From positions 4,097 through 68,096 of the IMG/VR virus record IMGVR_UViG_3300032320_000315: a stretch of 64,000 bases of DNA, one strand, 5' to 3'. The translations under genes were made by a program, and so were the position numbers. Shown piece after piece: positions 1 through 9,369 of this stretch. Within the stretch, counting starts at the first letter, position 1; each line of letters opens with the position of its first letter. Below the pieces are notes generated by a model that worked only from the letters and a program-made list of their open reading frames with translations, searched no databases and was not told where the DNA came from. The stretch is from a virus (Duplodnaviria > Caudoviricetes).

Positions 1-2
1 CT

Positions 3-2117
3 AACTATGGTATCGATCCAACTAAAGGCGGATTCGGTATTCCAGTTAATGCTGTGTATGTTCAATACAACTATGATGAAAATGTACAACCTTTAGCAGA
101 ATTCCGTGTAATGCGTAGAGCACGTAGTGGCTCAACTGTTGTAAAAACAAAACAAATTACCAACACTACTTTGTCAGCAAGTGCATATTCAATCTCATTG
201 GCTGCAAGTCAATCAGGAACTGCTACTCTAGCACAAGGTACTGTGACATTTACTGCAACTGGTGTAGCCGCAAGCACTGCCGCAAATTTAGCGGCTGCAA
301 TTAATAGTGCTAACATTGGCGCAATTGAAGCCAGCGTAACCACTGATAACCGTGTGCAAATTGAAAACACAATCGGTGGCGATATTAGATTTGCTGACCT
401 AGGCGACAGTACGACAGCAGTGACAGCATTGGGTCTTATCAGCGAAAATACTAATGTTTACGCATTAGGCGCACCAGACAACACCTATGCTTATGTAGGT
501 AGTAACTGGATTCCACGTACATTTGCTGGTACTCAACAAACATATTTTATCGACACAGCCGCACCAACTACATTAGTTGCTGACGGTGAACTATGGTATA
601 GTTCAGTTGTTGATGAAGTTGACTTAATGATACATGATGGCGCCACATGGGTAGGTTACGGTAACTTCTACGGTGACACAGACCCTGAAGGTCCTATTGT
701 TTCAGCAACACAGCCAACAACATTTGCAGATGGCACAACAGAAATCGATGCTGCCGCAGATGGTCAAATTTGGATCGATACCAGCGATATTGAAAACTAT
801 CCAGTAATCAAACGTTGGAACGGCGATCTATTAAAGTGGATCACATTAGATACTTCAGATCAAACTACAGAAAACGGTGTATTGTTTGCAGATGCACGTT
901 GGTCTGACAGCGGCGACATGGAAGATCCTGCAACAATCGCAGAACTATGGATCAGCGATTTCTTAGACTTCGATGCCCCAGATCCTGCACTATATCCACG
1001 TGGAATGATTTTATTCAATCTACGTCGTAGCGGATTTAACGTTAAGAGATTCAAACGTAATTATGTTGACTTAACAGCAGACAACAAGCGTATGGGCGAT
1101 GTAAGCATGGAAATGTATTATCCACATCGTTGGGTAACAGAGTCTGGTAACCAAGCAGACGGCAGCGGTTCATTTGGACGCCATGCACAACGTAAGGTTA
1201 TCATCCAAGCGTTACAAGCATTGGTAAACAGCAATGAAGATATCCGCGATACAGAAGTTCGTTCATATAACTTAATGGCTTGCCCTGGATATCCTGAATT
1301 AATCGGTGAAATGGTTTCATTGAACTATGACAGAGGTTTAACAACTTTCGTTGTAGGCGATACACCTCCACGCTTAACTCCAGATGCTACAACAATCAAT
1401 GATTGGGGTAACAACGTTGCACTAAGTCTACAAGACGATGACAACGGATTAGTAAGTTACGATGAGTACTTAGGTGTGTTCTATCCATGGGGCTTTACAA
1501 GCGACAATGCAGGACGCGATATTGCAGTTCCTCCAAGTCACATGATTTGCCGTATGATTGCGCTAAACGACCAAGTGGCTTATCCATGGTTTGCTCCAGC
1601 AGGTACACGTCGTGGCGGTATTACAAACGCAACAGCAGTTGGTTATGTAACTAGCGAAGGCGAGTTCCAATCAGTAGCATTGAACGAAGGTCAACGTGAT
1701 ACATTATACAATGTAAAAGTTAACCCAATTACATTCTTCACAGGCGCAGGATTGGTAAACTTTGGACAGAAGACTCGTGCAAGAAATGCCAGCGCATTAG
1801 ATCGTATTAACGTAGCACGTTTGGTAATTTATCTACGCAGTCAGTTGAATAAACTTGCTAAACCATATATCTTTGAACCTAACGACAAGATCACTAGGGA
1901 TGAGATCAAGCAACAGGTTGAAAGCCTATTGCTAGAATTAGTCGGACAACGTGCTCTATACGACTTCTTAGTTGTTTGTGACGAAAGTAACAATACACCT
2001 AATAGAATCGATAGAAACGAATTGTATGTTGACATTGCGATTGAACCAGTTAAGGCTGTGGAATTCATTTACATTCCAGTACGCTTGAAGAATACTGGCG
2101 AAATTGCAGGGTTATAA
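3..2117 (+). CDS. Tail sheath protein (T4 gp18-like), 5'-truncated by window edge
   Basis: Frame open from window start; C-terminal sheath motifs PWFAPAG..RG, KVNPI, SALDRINVARL, VDIAIEP.KAVEFIYI. Confidence 0.92.
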   Translation, partial: NYGIDPTKGGFGIPVNAVYVQYNYDENVQPLAEFRVMRRARSGSTVVKTKQITNTTLSASAYSISLAASQSGTATLAQGTVTFTATGVAASTAANLAAAINSANIGAIEASVTTDNRVQIENTIGGDIRFADLGDSTTAVTALGLISENTNVYALGAPDNTYAYVGSNWIPRTFAGTQQTYFIDTAAPTTLVADGELWYSSVVDEVDLMIHDGATWVGYGNFYGDTDPEGPIVSATQPTTFADGTTEIDAAADGQIWIDTSDIENYPVIKRWNGDLLKWITLDTSDQTTENGVLFADARWSDSGDMEDPATIAELWISDFLDFDAPDPALYPRGMILFNLRRSGFNVKRFKRNYVDLTADNKRMGDVSMEMYYPHRWVTESGNQADGSGSFGRHAQRKVIIQALQALVNSNEDIRDTEVRSYNLMACPGYPELIGEMVSLNYDRGLTTFVVGDTPPRLTPDATTINDWGNNVALSLQDDDNGLVSYDEYLGVFYPWGFTSDNAGRDIAVPPSHMICRMIALNDQVAYPWFAPAGTRRGGITNATAVGYVTSEGEFQSVALNEGQRDTLYNVKVNPITFFTGAGLVNFGQKTRARNASALDRINVARLVIYLRSQLNKLAKPYIFEPNDKITRDEIKQQVESLLLELVGQRALYDFLVVCDESNNTPNRIDRNELYVDIAIEPVKAVEFIYIPVRLKNTGEIAGL

Positions 2118-2151
2118 GGCTAAGATAAATAATTACAGGAGACTATAAAGA

Positions 2152-2772
2152 ATGTCTATTTCAACATTAAGCAAATTATCGGTGCCCTTAGCCAGTGACC
2201 AGTCAGCAAGCAGTCAAGGCTTGTTGATGCCTAAACTAGCATATAGATTTAGGATCACATTTGAAAACTTTGGAGTATCGACACCAACAACAAACTTAAC
2301 CAAGCAAGTTGTTGAAGCAAAACGTCCAGAAGTAACTTTTGATTCAGTAGAATTACCTGTGTATAACAGCCGTGTTTACATGGCTGGTAAACACAAGTGG
2401 AATCCAGTTACTTGCAAACTACGTGACGATGCAACAGGAGAAGTACAGAAGTTAGTAGGTGAGCAACTACAGAAACAATTTGACTTCTTTGAACAAAGTT
2501 CAGCGGCATCTGGTATTGATTACAAATTTACTACCAGATTAGAAATGCTAGACGGCGGTAACGGTGCTAACGTTCCTACAGTATTAGAAACATGGGAATT
2601 GTATGGTTGCTTTTTAACTACAGCATCATACGGTACAGTTAACTACGGAAGCAATGATGCAGTAACTATTGATTTAACAATTCAGTATGATAACGCAATC
2701 CAAAGCCCACAAGGCACAGGCGTTGGTACAGCAGTAGGAAGAGCTCTTGGAACTCTCGCTACAGGCGGCTAA
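2152..2772 (+). CDS. Tail tube protein (T4 gp19-like)
   Basis: Follows sheath; YMAGKHKW.P....LRDD and W.LYGCF....YG..NY motifs; 206 aa. Confidence 0.85.
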   Translation: MSISTLSKLSVPLASDQSASSQGLLMPKLAYRFRITFENFGVSTPTTNLTKQVVEAKRPEVTFDSVELPVYNSRVYMAGKHKWNPVTCKLRDDATGEVQKLVGEQLQKQFDFFEQSSAASGIDYKFTTRLEMLDGGNGANVPTVLETWELYGCFLTTASYGTVNYGSNDAVTIDLTIQYDNAIQSPQGTGVGTAVGRALGTLATGG

Positions 2773-2791
2773 TTAACTCCGGGAGCAATAT

Positions 2792-2820
2792 AAAAGGACA
2801 CTTCGGTGTCCTTTTTCTTT
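2792..2820 (+). terminator. Rho-independent terminator
   Basis: AAAAGGACAC-TTCG-GTGTCCTTTT plus T tract. Confidence 0.85.
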
Positions 2821-2855
2821 ATATAAGCGGTTAATCGCTGTCGATAAATAATTGT

Positions 2856-4247
2856 ATGGCAAACTTACTCAACGGTTTTTTAAACAACTTTTCTTCAGGT
2901 CTAGGTAATCCTAAGGGCACCCTTGGCGATTTTCAACACGCGGCAAGACTTTATAATGGTCAGGCTATGCGACTTGCTCCTAAAGGCAAGTGGATGTATC
3001 ATGTGGTTTTAAACATTAATCCACGTGCATTAGGATCTGCGAAATTTGACATACAAAAACATGGTACTGCTATCAATATGTTAGTTAAATCTATTGATTT
3101 GCCTAAATTTAGAGTTAACGTTGAGAAGCCACAGCAATACAATAAGAAAAGACAGATACATACTAGGTTAGAATACGATCCAGTATCAGTAGTATTTCAC
3201 GATGACAATTTTGGATTAACAACAAACTTATGGGCCATGTACTATGGTTACTATTTTGCAGATAGCAAACACGGTGCTAGTCTGGGCTCAGGTACAGCCG
3301 GTCAACTACTGTCAGGAGTTGGCAATTTAGTTTCTGGTTTTATTCCAGGTAACAACGGACTGTTAGGCGCAGTAAAGAATTTTCTAGGTGGAGCAGCCGC
3401 TGGTGTTCCTGCTGCCTATCAAAGAAATTCTTATAAAAATGAAGCACTGAATAAATTTAGATACGGATTAGACAACGGATCTAGCGCACCATTCTTTAGT
3501 AGCATACAGATTTTTCAATTAGCAAGACATCAGTATCAGAGTTATACATTAATTAATCCAGTAATCACTAGTTGGTCACACGACAGTTTGAATAATTCTT
3601 CAACAGAGGTTTCAGGCAATACTATGCAGATAGCCTACGAAGCAGTGATATACGGCGCCGGCGCTGTAAGTCGAGGAAACCCTAAAGGGTTTGCCACAGA
3701 ATTCTATGACAATCAGCCTAGCCCGTTGGGATTATTAGGCGGAGGTACAACTAGTTTATTTGGCCAAGGCGGTATACTTGGCGGTATCGGTGACATACTC
3801 AGCGACCTTGGACCCGGTGGTAATGGATTTACTTTAGGTACACTGATCAAAGGTGTTAACATTTATAACAATGCTAAAAAACTTACCCGAGAAGGTATTC
3901 GTCAAGAAGGATTTAATATTTTTAAATCTGCACTAGGAGCCAGCACAGGCATCGACGTCAGTGGTGTAGCCAATGTATTATTTCCTAAACAGGCAGGTAC
4001 CGGACAGACTTCAACCACTCCGGCTACTGCACCCAAAGAAACTGCAAAAACCAATACCCCTGATCAAAGACAAAGTGCATTGGCTAAAAATCCAGCGGCA
4101 AAAACTGCCTTGGTCGATTTAGCAATTAAATCAGGCGTTGTACCGGCTGGAACAAACGCATCAACACAAGTCGATAGTTTAATTAATTCTGGAAGAAATA
4201 CTAAACTCAACGGCCTGGCAGATAAAATAATTTCAACAGCAGGATAA
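2856..4247 (+). CDS. Tail-tube-like/baseplate junction virion protein
   Basis: Tube-fold-like N-terminus (VKSIDLPKF, EYDPVSVVFHDD); Gly-rich; in tail module. Confidence 0.5.
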   Translation: MANLLNGFLNNFSSGLGNPKGTLGDFQHAARLYNGQAMRLAPKGKWMYHVVLNINPRALGSAKFDIQKHGTAINMLVKSIDLPKFRVNVEKPQQYNKKRQIHTRLEYDPVSVVFHDDNFGLTTNLWAMYYGYYFADSKHGASLGSGTAGQLLSGVGNLVSGFIPGNNGLLGAVKNFLGGAAAGVPAAYQRNSYKNEALNKFRYGLDNGSSAPFFSSIQIFQLARHQYQSYTLINPVITSWSHDSLNNSSTEVSGNTMQIAYEAVIYGAGAVSRGNPKGFATEFYDNQPSPLGLLGGGTTSLFGQGGILGGIGDILSDLGPGGNGFTLGTLIKGVNIYNNAKKLTREGIRQEGFNIFKSALGASTGIDVSGVANVLFPKQAGTGQTSTTPATAPKETAKTNTPDQRQSALAKNPAAKTALVDLAIKSGVVPAGTNASTQVDSLINSGRNTKLNGLADKIISTAG

Positions 4248-4249
4248 CT

Positions 4250-4633
4250 ATGACAAATTTAGCACAGAGCAGTAATCTACCACAGACAGAACAGACAGAT
4301 TCTGGAGAAAAGGTCCGTACATTCTTTGACACGTACTTTGTGGAAGCCATTAGTTTCCCAGCAGAACAAATCGATGCTACTGTAGGATTCTTTCGCAAGA
4401 GAGGATTCGATGAACTAGCCAGTCAATCTACGGCCATAGTATTACTACAACAGGCCAAGTTAGACGGTGTTAATGTTTTTACATTATTAGACACATTAAA
4501 AGGCCTAGAAGATATCAAACTCAGTGCTGTAGTTGCCGAAGTTCTTAACTACAATCGTCAAAAAATTTCCACACTAGGATATCGCCAACAAGGGCAGGGC
4601 GATTTTTTAGAAACTCGTAATATTGTTGTATGA
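4250..4633 (+). CDS. Hypothetical protein
   Basis: 127-aa ORF with RBS, coupled to neighbours. Confidence 0.65.
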   Translation: MTNLAQSSNLPQTEQTDSGEKVRTFFDTYFVEAISFPAEQIDATVGFFRKRGFDELASQSTAIVLLQQAKLDGVNVFTLLDTLKGLEDIKLSAVVAEVLNYNRQKISTLGYRQQGQGDFLETRNIVV

Positions 4634-5064
4634 AAAAATTTGCACAGGGAAAATTTGCTCTAAAGAACCCTGAAAAATATATGGGTAATCGTACACCCAC
4701 TTATCGTAGCAGTTGGGAATGGGCAGTGATGCAGATGTTTGACAACAATCAATCTATCGAAAAGTGGGGCAGTGAAGTTGTCAAAGTTCCTTACAGAGAT
4801 CCCCTAACCGGCAAACACACAATCTATGTACCAGATTTTTTTGTAGTTTACAATGATAAAAACGGACGTAAACATGCAGAAGTTTGGGAAGTCAAACCCG
4901 CTAGTCAATCAGTATTAGAAAAAGTTGGGCGCAGTAAAACCAATCAAGCCGCATATATTAAGAACATGGCTAAGTGGGAGGCCTGTCGTGCATGGTGTAA
5001 ACAACAAGGAATAATGTTCAGGGTTGTATCGGAAAACGATATTTTCCACAACGGCAAGCGATAA
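4630..5064 (+). CDS. Head completion protein (T4 gp4/TnsA-N-like PD-(D/E)xK nuclease)
   Basis: YRSSWE, WGSE...PY, YVPDF, EVKP motifs. Confidence 0.8.
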   Translation: MKKFAQGKFALKNPEKYMGNRTPTYRSSWEWAVMQMFDNNQSIEKWGSEVVKVPYRDPLTGKHTIYVPDFFVVYNDKNGRKHAEVWEVKPASQSVLEKVGRSKTNQAAYIKNMAKWEACRAWCKQQGIMFRVVSENDIFHNGKR

Positions 5065-5074
5065 GTAGTTTGCT

Positions 5075-5650
5075 ATGTTATACACCTTTGCGCCGTTCTC
5101 TGTACCCATTTTTATGACTGACGTCTGCTGGACAGATAAACAGATCATTCATAATATAGTTACAGAAGCAGATAACAAAACGTTTGGACAAAAATTAAAT
5201 CTTGAACAGGATTCTCGATTTGATTCTTTAAAACAACTAATCTTAGATAAAATTCCAGAAATAGCAGATAGGTTAGGATTAGATACTCCTGCCTGCGATA
5301 TTCCAAGTATGTGGCTTAACCACTATACTGAGAATCAGTTTATACATCCGCACTGGCATGTCAACAGTTGGTTGAGTGGAGTCTATTATCCTTATGGCTG
5401 TGAATCGAGTCCCATTAGTTTTGAAACACCCTTGCCCTGTCCTACAATAAGCCCTAGTATAAAACGTAGATCGCAATTTAATCAAGAAATAGCAGAATAT
5501 CGACTTAAAACTGAATCTTTATTGATATTTCCTAGTTGGCTGAGACACTATACTGTACCAACAGGACCAGAAGAAAAATTAAGCATAGCATTTAATATTT
5601 GGCCGCGTGGCTTATTACAGAGCGATGCAATTAGTAAAGTTGTGACTTAA
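5075..5650 (+). CDS. 2OG-Fe(II) oxygenase (TIGR02466-like)
   Basis: H.HVNSWLSGVYY, LIFPSWLRH, R/K-LSIAFN. Confidence 0.8.
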   Translation: MLYTFAPFSVPIFMTDVCWTDKQIIHNIVTEADNKTFGQKLNLEQDSRFDSLKQLILDKIPEIADRLGLDTPACDIPSMWLNHYTENQFIHPHWHVNSWLSGVYYPYGCESSPISFETPLPCPTISPSIKRRSQFNQEIAEYRLKTESLLIFPSWLRHYTVPTGPEEKLSIAFNIWPRGLLQSDAISKVVT

Positions 5651-5667
5651 TTAAGGATAAGTATTGT

Positions 5668-6183
5668 ATGACTAAAAAACTTGAAGAATTACTTAATTTG
5701 CCTGAAAATCAAGAAATCGTCAAAGATGATCTTGTTAAACAGCAACAACAAAACAGAGCCAAAGAAAAACAAGTGGCTAGAGATAATGCTCCAGCAGAAA
5801 ACCTATTTCGAGAAATAGGAGACATTGATAAGATCGCTGCCGCACTACCACAGGTTAAAGGTTTAGGCGATATAGCAGACAGCGAATTAGATGCACTGGC
5901 ACAAAAAGCCACCGATGCCTATGAAGATTTAGTGGACCTGGGCATGAACGTTGAACCACGTTACAGTGCTAGAATTTTTGAAGTAGCACAGACAGCACTG
6001 AAAAATGCCATAGATGCTAAGTCAGCAAAAATAGATAAAAAGCTCAAGATGATTGAACTACAGCTCAAAAAGCAGAAGTTGGATCAGGACGCTAAACCAG
6101 CAGGAGATGACGATATTCAAGGCGAAGGATATTTGATTACAGATCGCAATAGCCTGTTAGAAAAATTAAAGAATATGAAATAA
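5668..6183 (+). CDS. Coiled-coil hypothetical protein; candidate terminase small subunit
   Basis: 171-aa helical ORF shortly upstream of TerL; function inferred from position only. Confidence 0.4.
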   Translation: MTKKLEELLNLPENQEIVKDDLVKQQQQNRAKEKQVARDNAPAENLFREIGDIDKIAAALPQVKGLGDIADSELDALAQKATDAYEDLVDLGMNVEPRYSARIFEVAQTALKNAIDAKSAKIDKKLKMIELQLKKQKLDQDAKPAGDDDIQGEGYLITDRNSLLEKLKNMK

Positions 6184-6203
6184 ATACAGTAGTGGGGAAA
6201 ACT

Positions 6204-6773
6204 ATGAAATCATTTAACGAATACTTAACAGAAAGCAAAAAAACATACGAGTTCAAGATTAAAATTGCCGGTGATTTAGATGGCGAATTTAAGACTAAAC
6301 TCAAGGGTGCTATGGAACGTTTTTCCATTGTAAAAATGGACAATGGCAAACGATTGCCCATTGCAGAAAGACACTTGGATTTCCCAGAATTAGAAAATAC
6401 TAATGTTACAGTATTCAACGTTGAACTCAACTACCCAACTACTACACAAGTTTTAGAAAACTACGTTAGTCAAGTCTGCGGTTGTGAACAGAATCGTGTA
6501 AGAGTTCGTACTGCTAATCAAGATGCAGAACAGGCAGAATTAAACTTTAATAAAGAACAAGACGACGCTCTTCTTACTACAGAAGAACTTGGCGGAGAAA
6601 GTGCGCAGGATAAAGTTGGAGAGAAACACATATCAAGTTTCTTAAAAGGTCTAGCCGCTGACGCAAAGTCCCGTCAAGATTCACAAGTACACAAAGAAAA
6701 AGCATCTGAAATGCCAGAGTCTGGGGCTAGTATCAGTCCAATTGGCTCCAAAACTCTAAAAGGAAAAAAATAA
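6204..6773 (+). CDS. Hypothetical, probable head-associated protein
   Basis: N-terminus MKSFNEYLTES resembles T4-type prohead/internal proteins. Confidence 0.5.
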   Translation: MKSFNEYLTESKKTYEFKIKIAGDLDGEFKTKLKGAMERFSIVKMDNGKRLPIAERHLDFPELENTNVTVFNVELNYPTTTQVLENYVSQVCGCEQNRVRVRTANQDAEQAELNFNKEQDDALLTTEELGGESAQDKVGEKHISSFLKGLAADAKSRQDSQVHKEKASEMPESGASISPIGSKTLKGKK

Positions 6774-6775
6774 TC

Positions 6776-7675
6776 ATGGACATGAAAAAAATATTAGGCA
6801 TTGTCGACGGCAATGTAGAAAAGAAAACACTTAACGAAAATATTGAAGAATGTGGAATGGGCGGTATGGGATCTAGCATGCCAAGTACACCTCCAGTAAC
6901 AATGAGTGTAAATTTAAATGCACAGGGCGTAGACAACATTAAAGAATTGTTAAACCTAATGCGTTCAGCAGAGTCCGGCATGGGACACGATCACAGTCCA
7001 GCACCAATGGGCATGCCAATGCCAGCAGTTGGTTTAGATATGCCAATCAAAGTTACTAAAATTGGTGGTGACGATGACATAGGCGATGAGCCTGAAATGA
7101 AACCAGCAGGCGGCGACGGCGATCGCGGTATGTCTCAAATTAGGGATCTTATTGCAAAAGCAGATAAACCTAAAGAATATGCCAACGAACCAGAAGAAGC
7201 ATACGCAGGTGTTGATAGTGTGACTACAGATGCAGGCGGCGGCGTAAATGAACCTAAAGATCCAGCAGACATTCGTGTTAAAGATCCTAGCGGTTACGAG
7301 CAAGCAGAAGAAGAGTATGCTAATGAGCCTGATGAACAGTACAGTGATCATAACACAATGATCAAAGACTTGTCTGGCGGGATCAACAGAGAAAAACAAC
7401 AGTATGCTAAGGCACAAGACGGCGACAATGCAATGGCAGTTCGCGAAGCCAGCATTAGACGTCAGTTGGATTCTATGTGGAAAGAAATCAAAGAAGGACC
7501 CAGCGATTCAGCAGAGCACATTCCAAAAGACTATCAGACAAAGGAACCTTTAAAGAAAGGCCCAGACGGTAAATGGCGCAACAGCAAAGGCGAAGAGCGC
7601 GATGGTATGTACGGTGCTCCAATTGGTGGCGTCCCCGGCTTTGGAAAGCCGCGTGGAATGATGGGTTCTAAATAA
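6776..7675 (+). CDS. Hypothetical acidic low-complexity protein
   Basis: 299 aa; internal repeat EYANEP.E.Y. Confidence 0.6.
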   Translation: MDMKKILGIVDGNVEKKTLNENIEECGMGGMGSSMPSTPPVTMSVNLNAQGVDNIKELLNLMRSAESGMGHDHSPAPMGMPMPAVGLDMPIKVTKIGGDDDIGDEPEMKPAGGDGDRGMSQIRDLIAKADKPKEYANEPEEAYAGVDSVTTDAGGGVNEPKDPADIRVKDPSGYEQAEEEYANEPDEQYSDHNTMIKDLSGGINREKQQYAKAQDGDNAMAVREASIRRQLDSMWKEIKEGPSDSAEHIPKDYQTKEPLKKGPDGKWRNSKGEERDGMYGAPIGGVPGFGKPRGMMGSK

Positions 7676-7720
7676 AATTTATTAATTCGTCGGCAGTTGC
7701 ATTGTGATTAAGACAATGCC

Positions 7721-7748
7721 AAATAGGCTCTTCGGAGCCTATTTTTTT
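7721..7748 (+). terminator. Rho-independent terminator
   Basis: AAATAGGCTC-TTCG-GAGCCTATTT plus T tract. Confidence 0.85.
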
Positions 7749-7762
7749 CAGTAAATAAACAT

Positions 7763-9358
7763 ATGGCTAGTAAATCATTAGACGGCGTACTGATTAAAAA
7801 GGCTAATCGCCAAGAACGCTTTACGGAACAACAGATCTCAGATCTATCGCAGTGTGCTGACCCTGAACTAGGATATCTGTATTTTGCTAAGAATTTCTTT
7901 TATATTCAACATCCGGTTAAAGGCAAGTTACTGTTTGAACCATTTGACTATCAGGTAAACCTACTACACAGTTATCACAATCATAGATTTAACATTAATA
8001 TGTTGCCACGTCAAAGTGGTAAGACTACCTGTGCGGCTGGGTACTTGTTGTGGTACGCTATGTTCCATCCGGATCAAACTATTCTAGTAGCCGCGCACAA
8101 ATATACAGGCAGTCAGGAGATTATGCAACGCATACGCTATGCCTATGAAGACTGCCCAGACCACATACGCTGTGGCGTAACTAACTATAACAAAGGGAGT
8201 ATTGAATTTGATAATGGATCACGTATTGTATCAGCAACTACTACTGGCAACACTGGTCGCGGTATGTCAATATCCTTACTATACTGTGATGAGTTTGCAT
8301 TTGTACAACCAAACATTGCGGACGAGTTTTGGACATCTATTTCACCAACGCTAGCCACTGGTGGTCGTGCAATTATTACTTCAACACCCAACAGTGACGA
8401 AGATACTTTTGCTATTATTTGGAAAGAAGCAGAGAAGAAATTTGACGAACACGGCAACACTACAGATGTAGGTGTTAACGGATTCCACAGTTTTAGAAGT
8501 GAATGGTGGGAACATCCAGACCGTGACGATGCATGGAAAACTGTAGAATTAGGACGTATTGGTGAAGAACGTTTCCGTCGAGAATACGGCTGTGAGTTCT
8601 TGGTCTACGATGAAACATTGATTAACAGTATCTGCCTTGCTGGACTAGAAGGTCGGGAACCTATACTAAAAATGGGACAATGTCGTTGGTATAAACAGCC
8701 CACTGACGATATGATATATGCTGTGGCACTAGACCCAGCACTGGGCACTGGCGGTAACTATGCGGCCATACAAGTGTTAGAATTACCTACTATGGTGCAG
8801 GTAGCAGAGTGGTATCATAATACCACAGCCATAGAAGGACAGATAAAAATCCTCAAAGATATCAACAAATATATTGCTGATTGCTGTCCGCGAACACAGG
8901 GCAGTAACGTCTACTGGAGCATTGAAAACAACACAGTGGGTGAAGCGGCACTGATTGTTGTTAAGAACATAGGCGAAGAAAACATACCCGGAATGTTCAT
9001 CGCAGAACCCATACGTAAAGGGCATGTTCGCAAGTTCCGTAAAGGGTTTAATACCACACATCGCAGTAAAATTTCAGCCTGTAGCAGATTAAAACACTTA
9101 ATTGAGACAAACAAATTAAAAATAAACAGTAAAGCATTGATATCGGAACTTAAAGCCTTTATTGCATCAGGCATTAGTTTTAAGGCTAAATCTGGTGAAA
9201 CAGACGATTTAGTAAGTGCTATGTTACTGGCTGTACGTATGAGTGCTGTAATGGCGGATTGGGATCAGCGTGTTTTTGAAGTTATGAGCGGCAGAATTGA
9301 CGACGAAGACAGCGACTGGGAGCCGCCAATGCCCATATTTGTTTCCACTGGATTCTAA
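7763..9358 (+). CDS. terL: Terminase large subunit (T4 gp17-like)
   Basis: Walker A PRQSGKTT, Walker B LLYCDEFAFV, nuclease ALDPALG / E.N / DDLVSA. Confidence 0.95.
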   Translation: MASKSLDGVLIKKANRQERFTEQQISDLSQCADPELGYLYFAKNFFYIQHPVKGKLLFEPFDYQVNLLHSYHNHRFNINMLPRQSGKTTCAAGYLLWYAMFHPDQTILVAAHKYTGSQEIMQRIRYAYEDCPDHIRCGVTNYNKGSIEFDNGSRIVSATTTGNTGRGMSISLLYCDEFAFVQPNIADEFWTSISPTLATGGRAIITSTPNSDEDTFAIIWKEAEKKFDEHGNTTDVGVNGFHSFRSEWWEHPDRDDAWKTVELGRIGEERFRREYGCEFLVYDETLINSICLAGLEGREPILKMGQCRWYKQPTDDMIYAVALDPALGTGGNYAAIQVLELPTMVQVAEWYHNTTAIEGQIKILKDINKYIADCCPRTQGSNVYWSIENNTVGEAALIVVKNIGEENIPGMFIAEPIRKGHVRKFRKGFNTTHRSKISACSRLKHLIETNKLKINSKALISELKAFIASGISFKAKSGETDDLVSAMLLAVRMSAVMADWDQRVFEVMSGRIDDEDSDWEPPMPIFVSTGF

Positions 9359-9369
9359 TAAATACTACT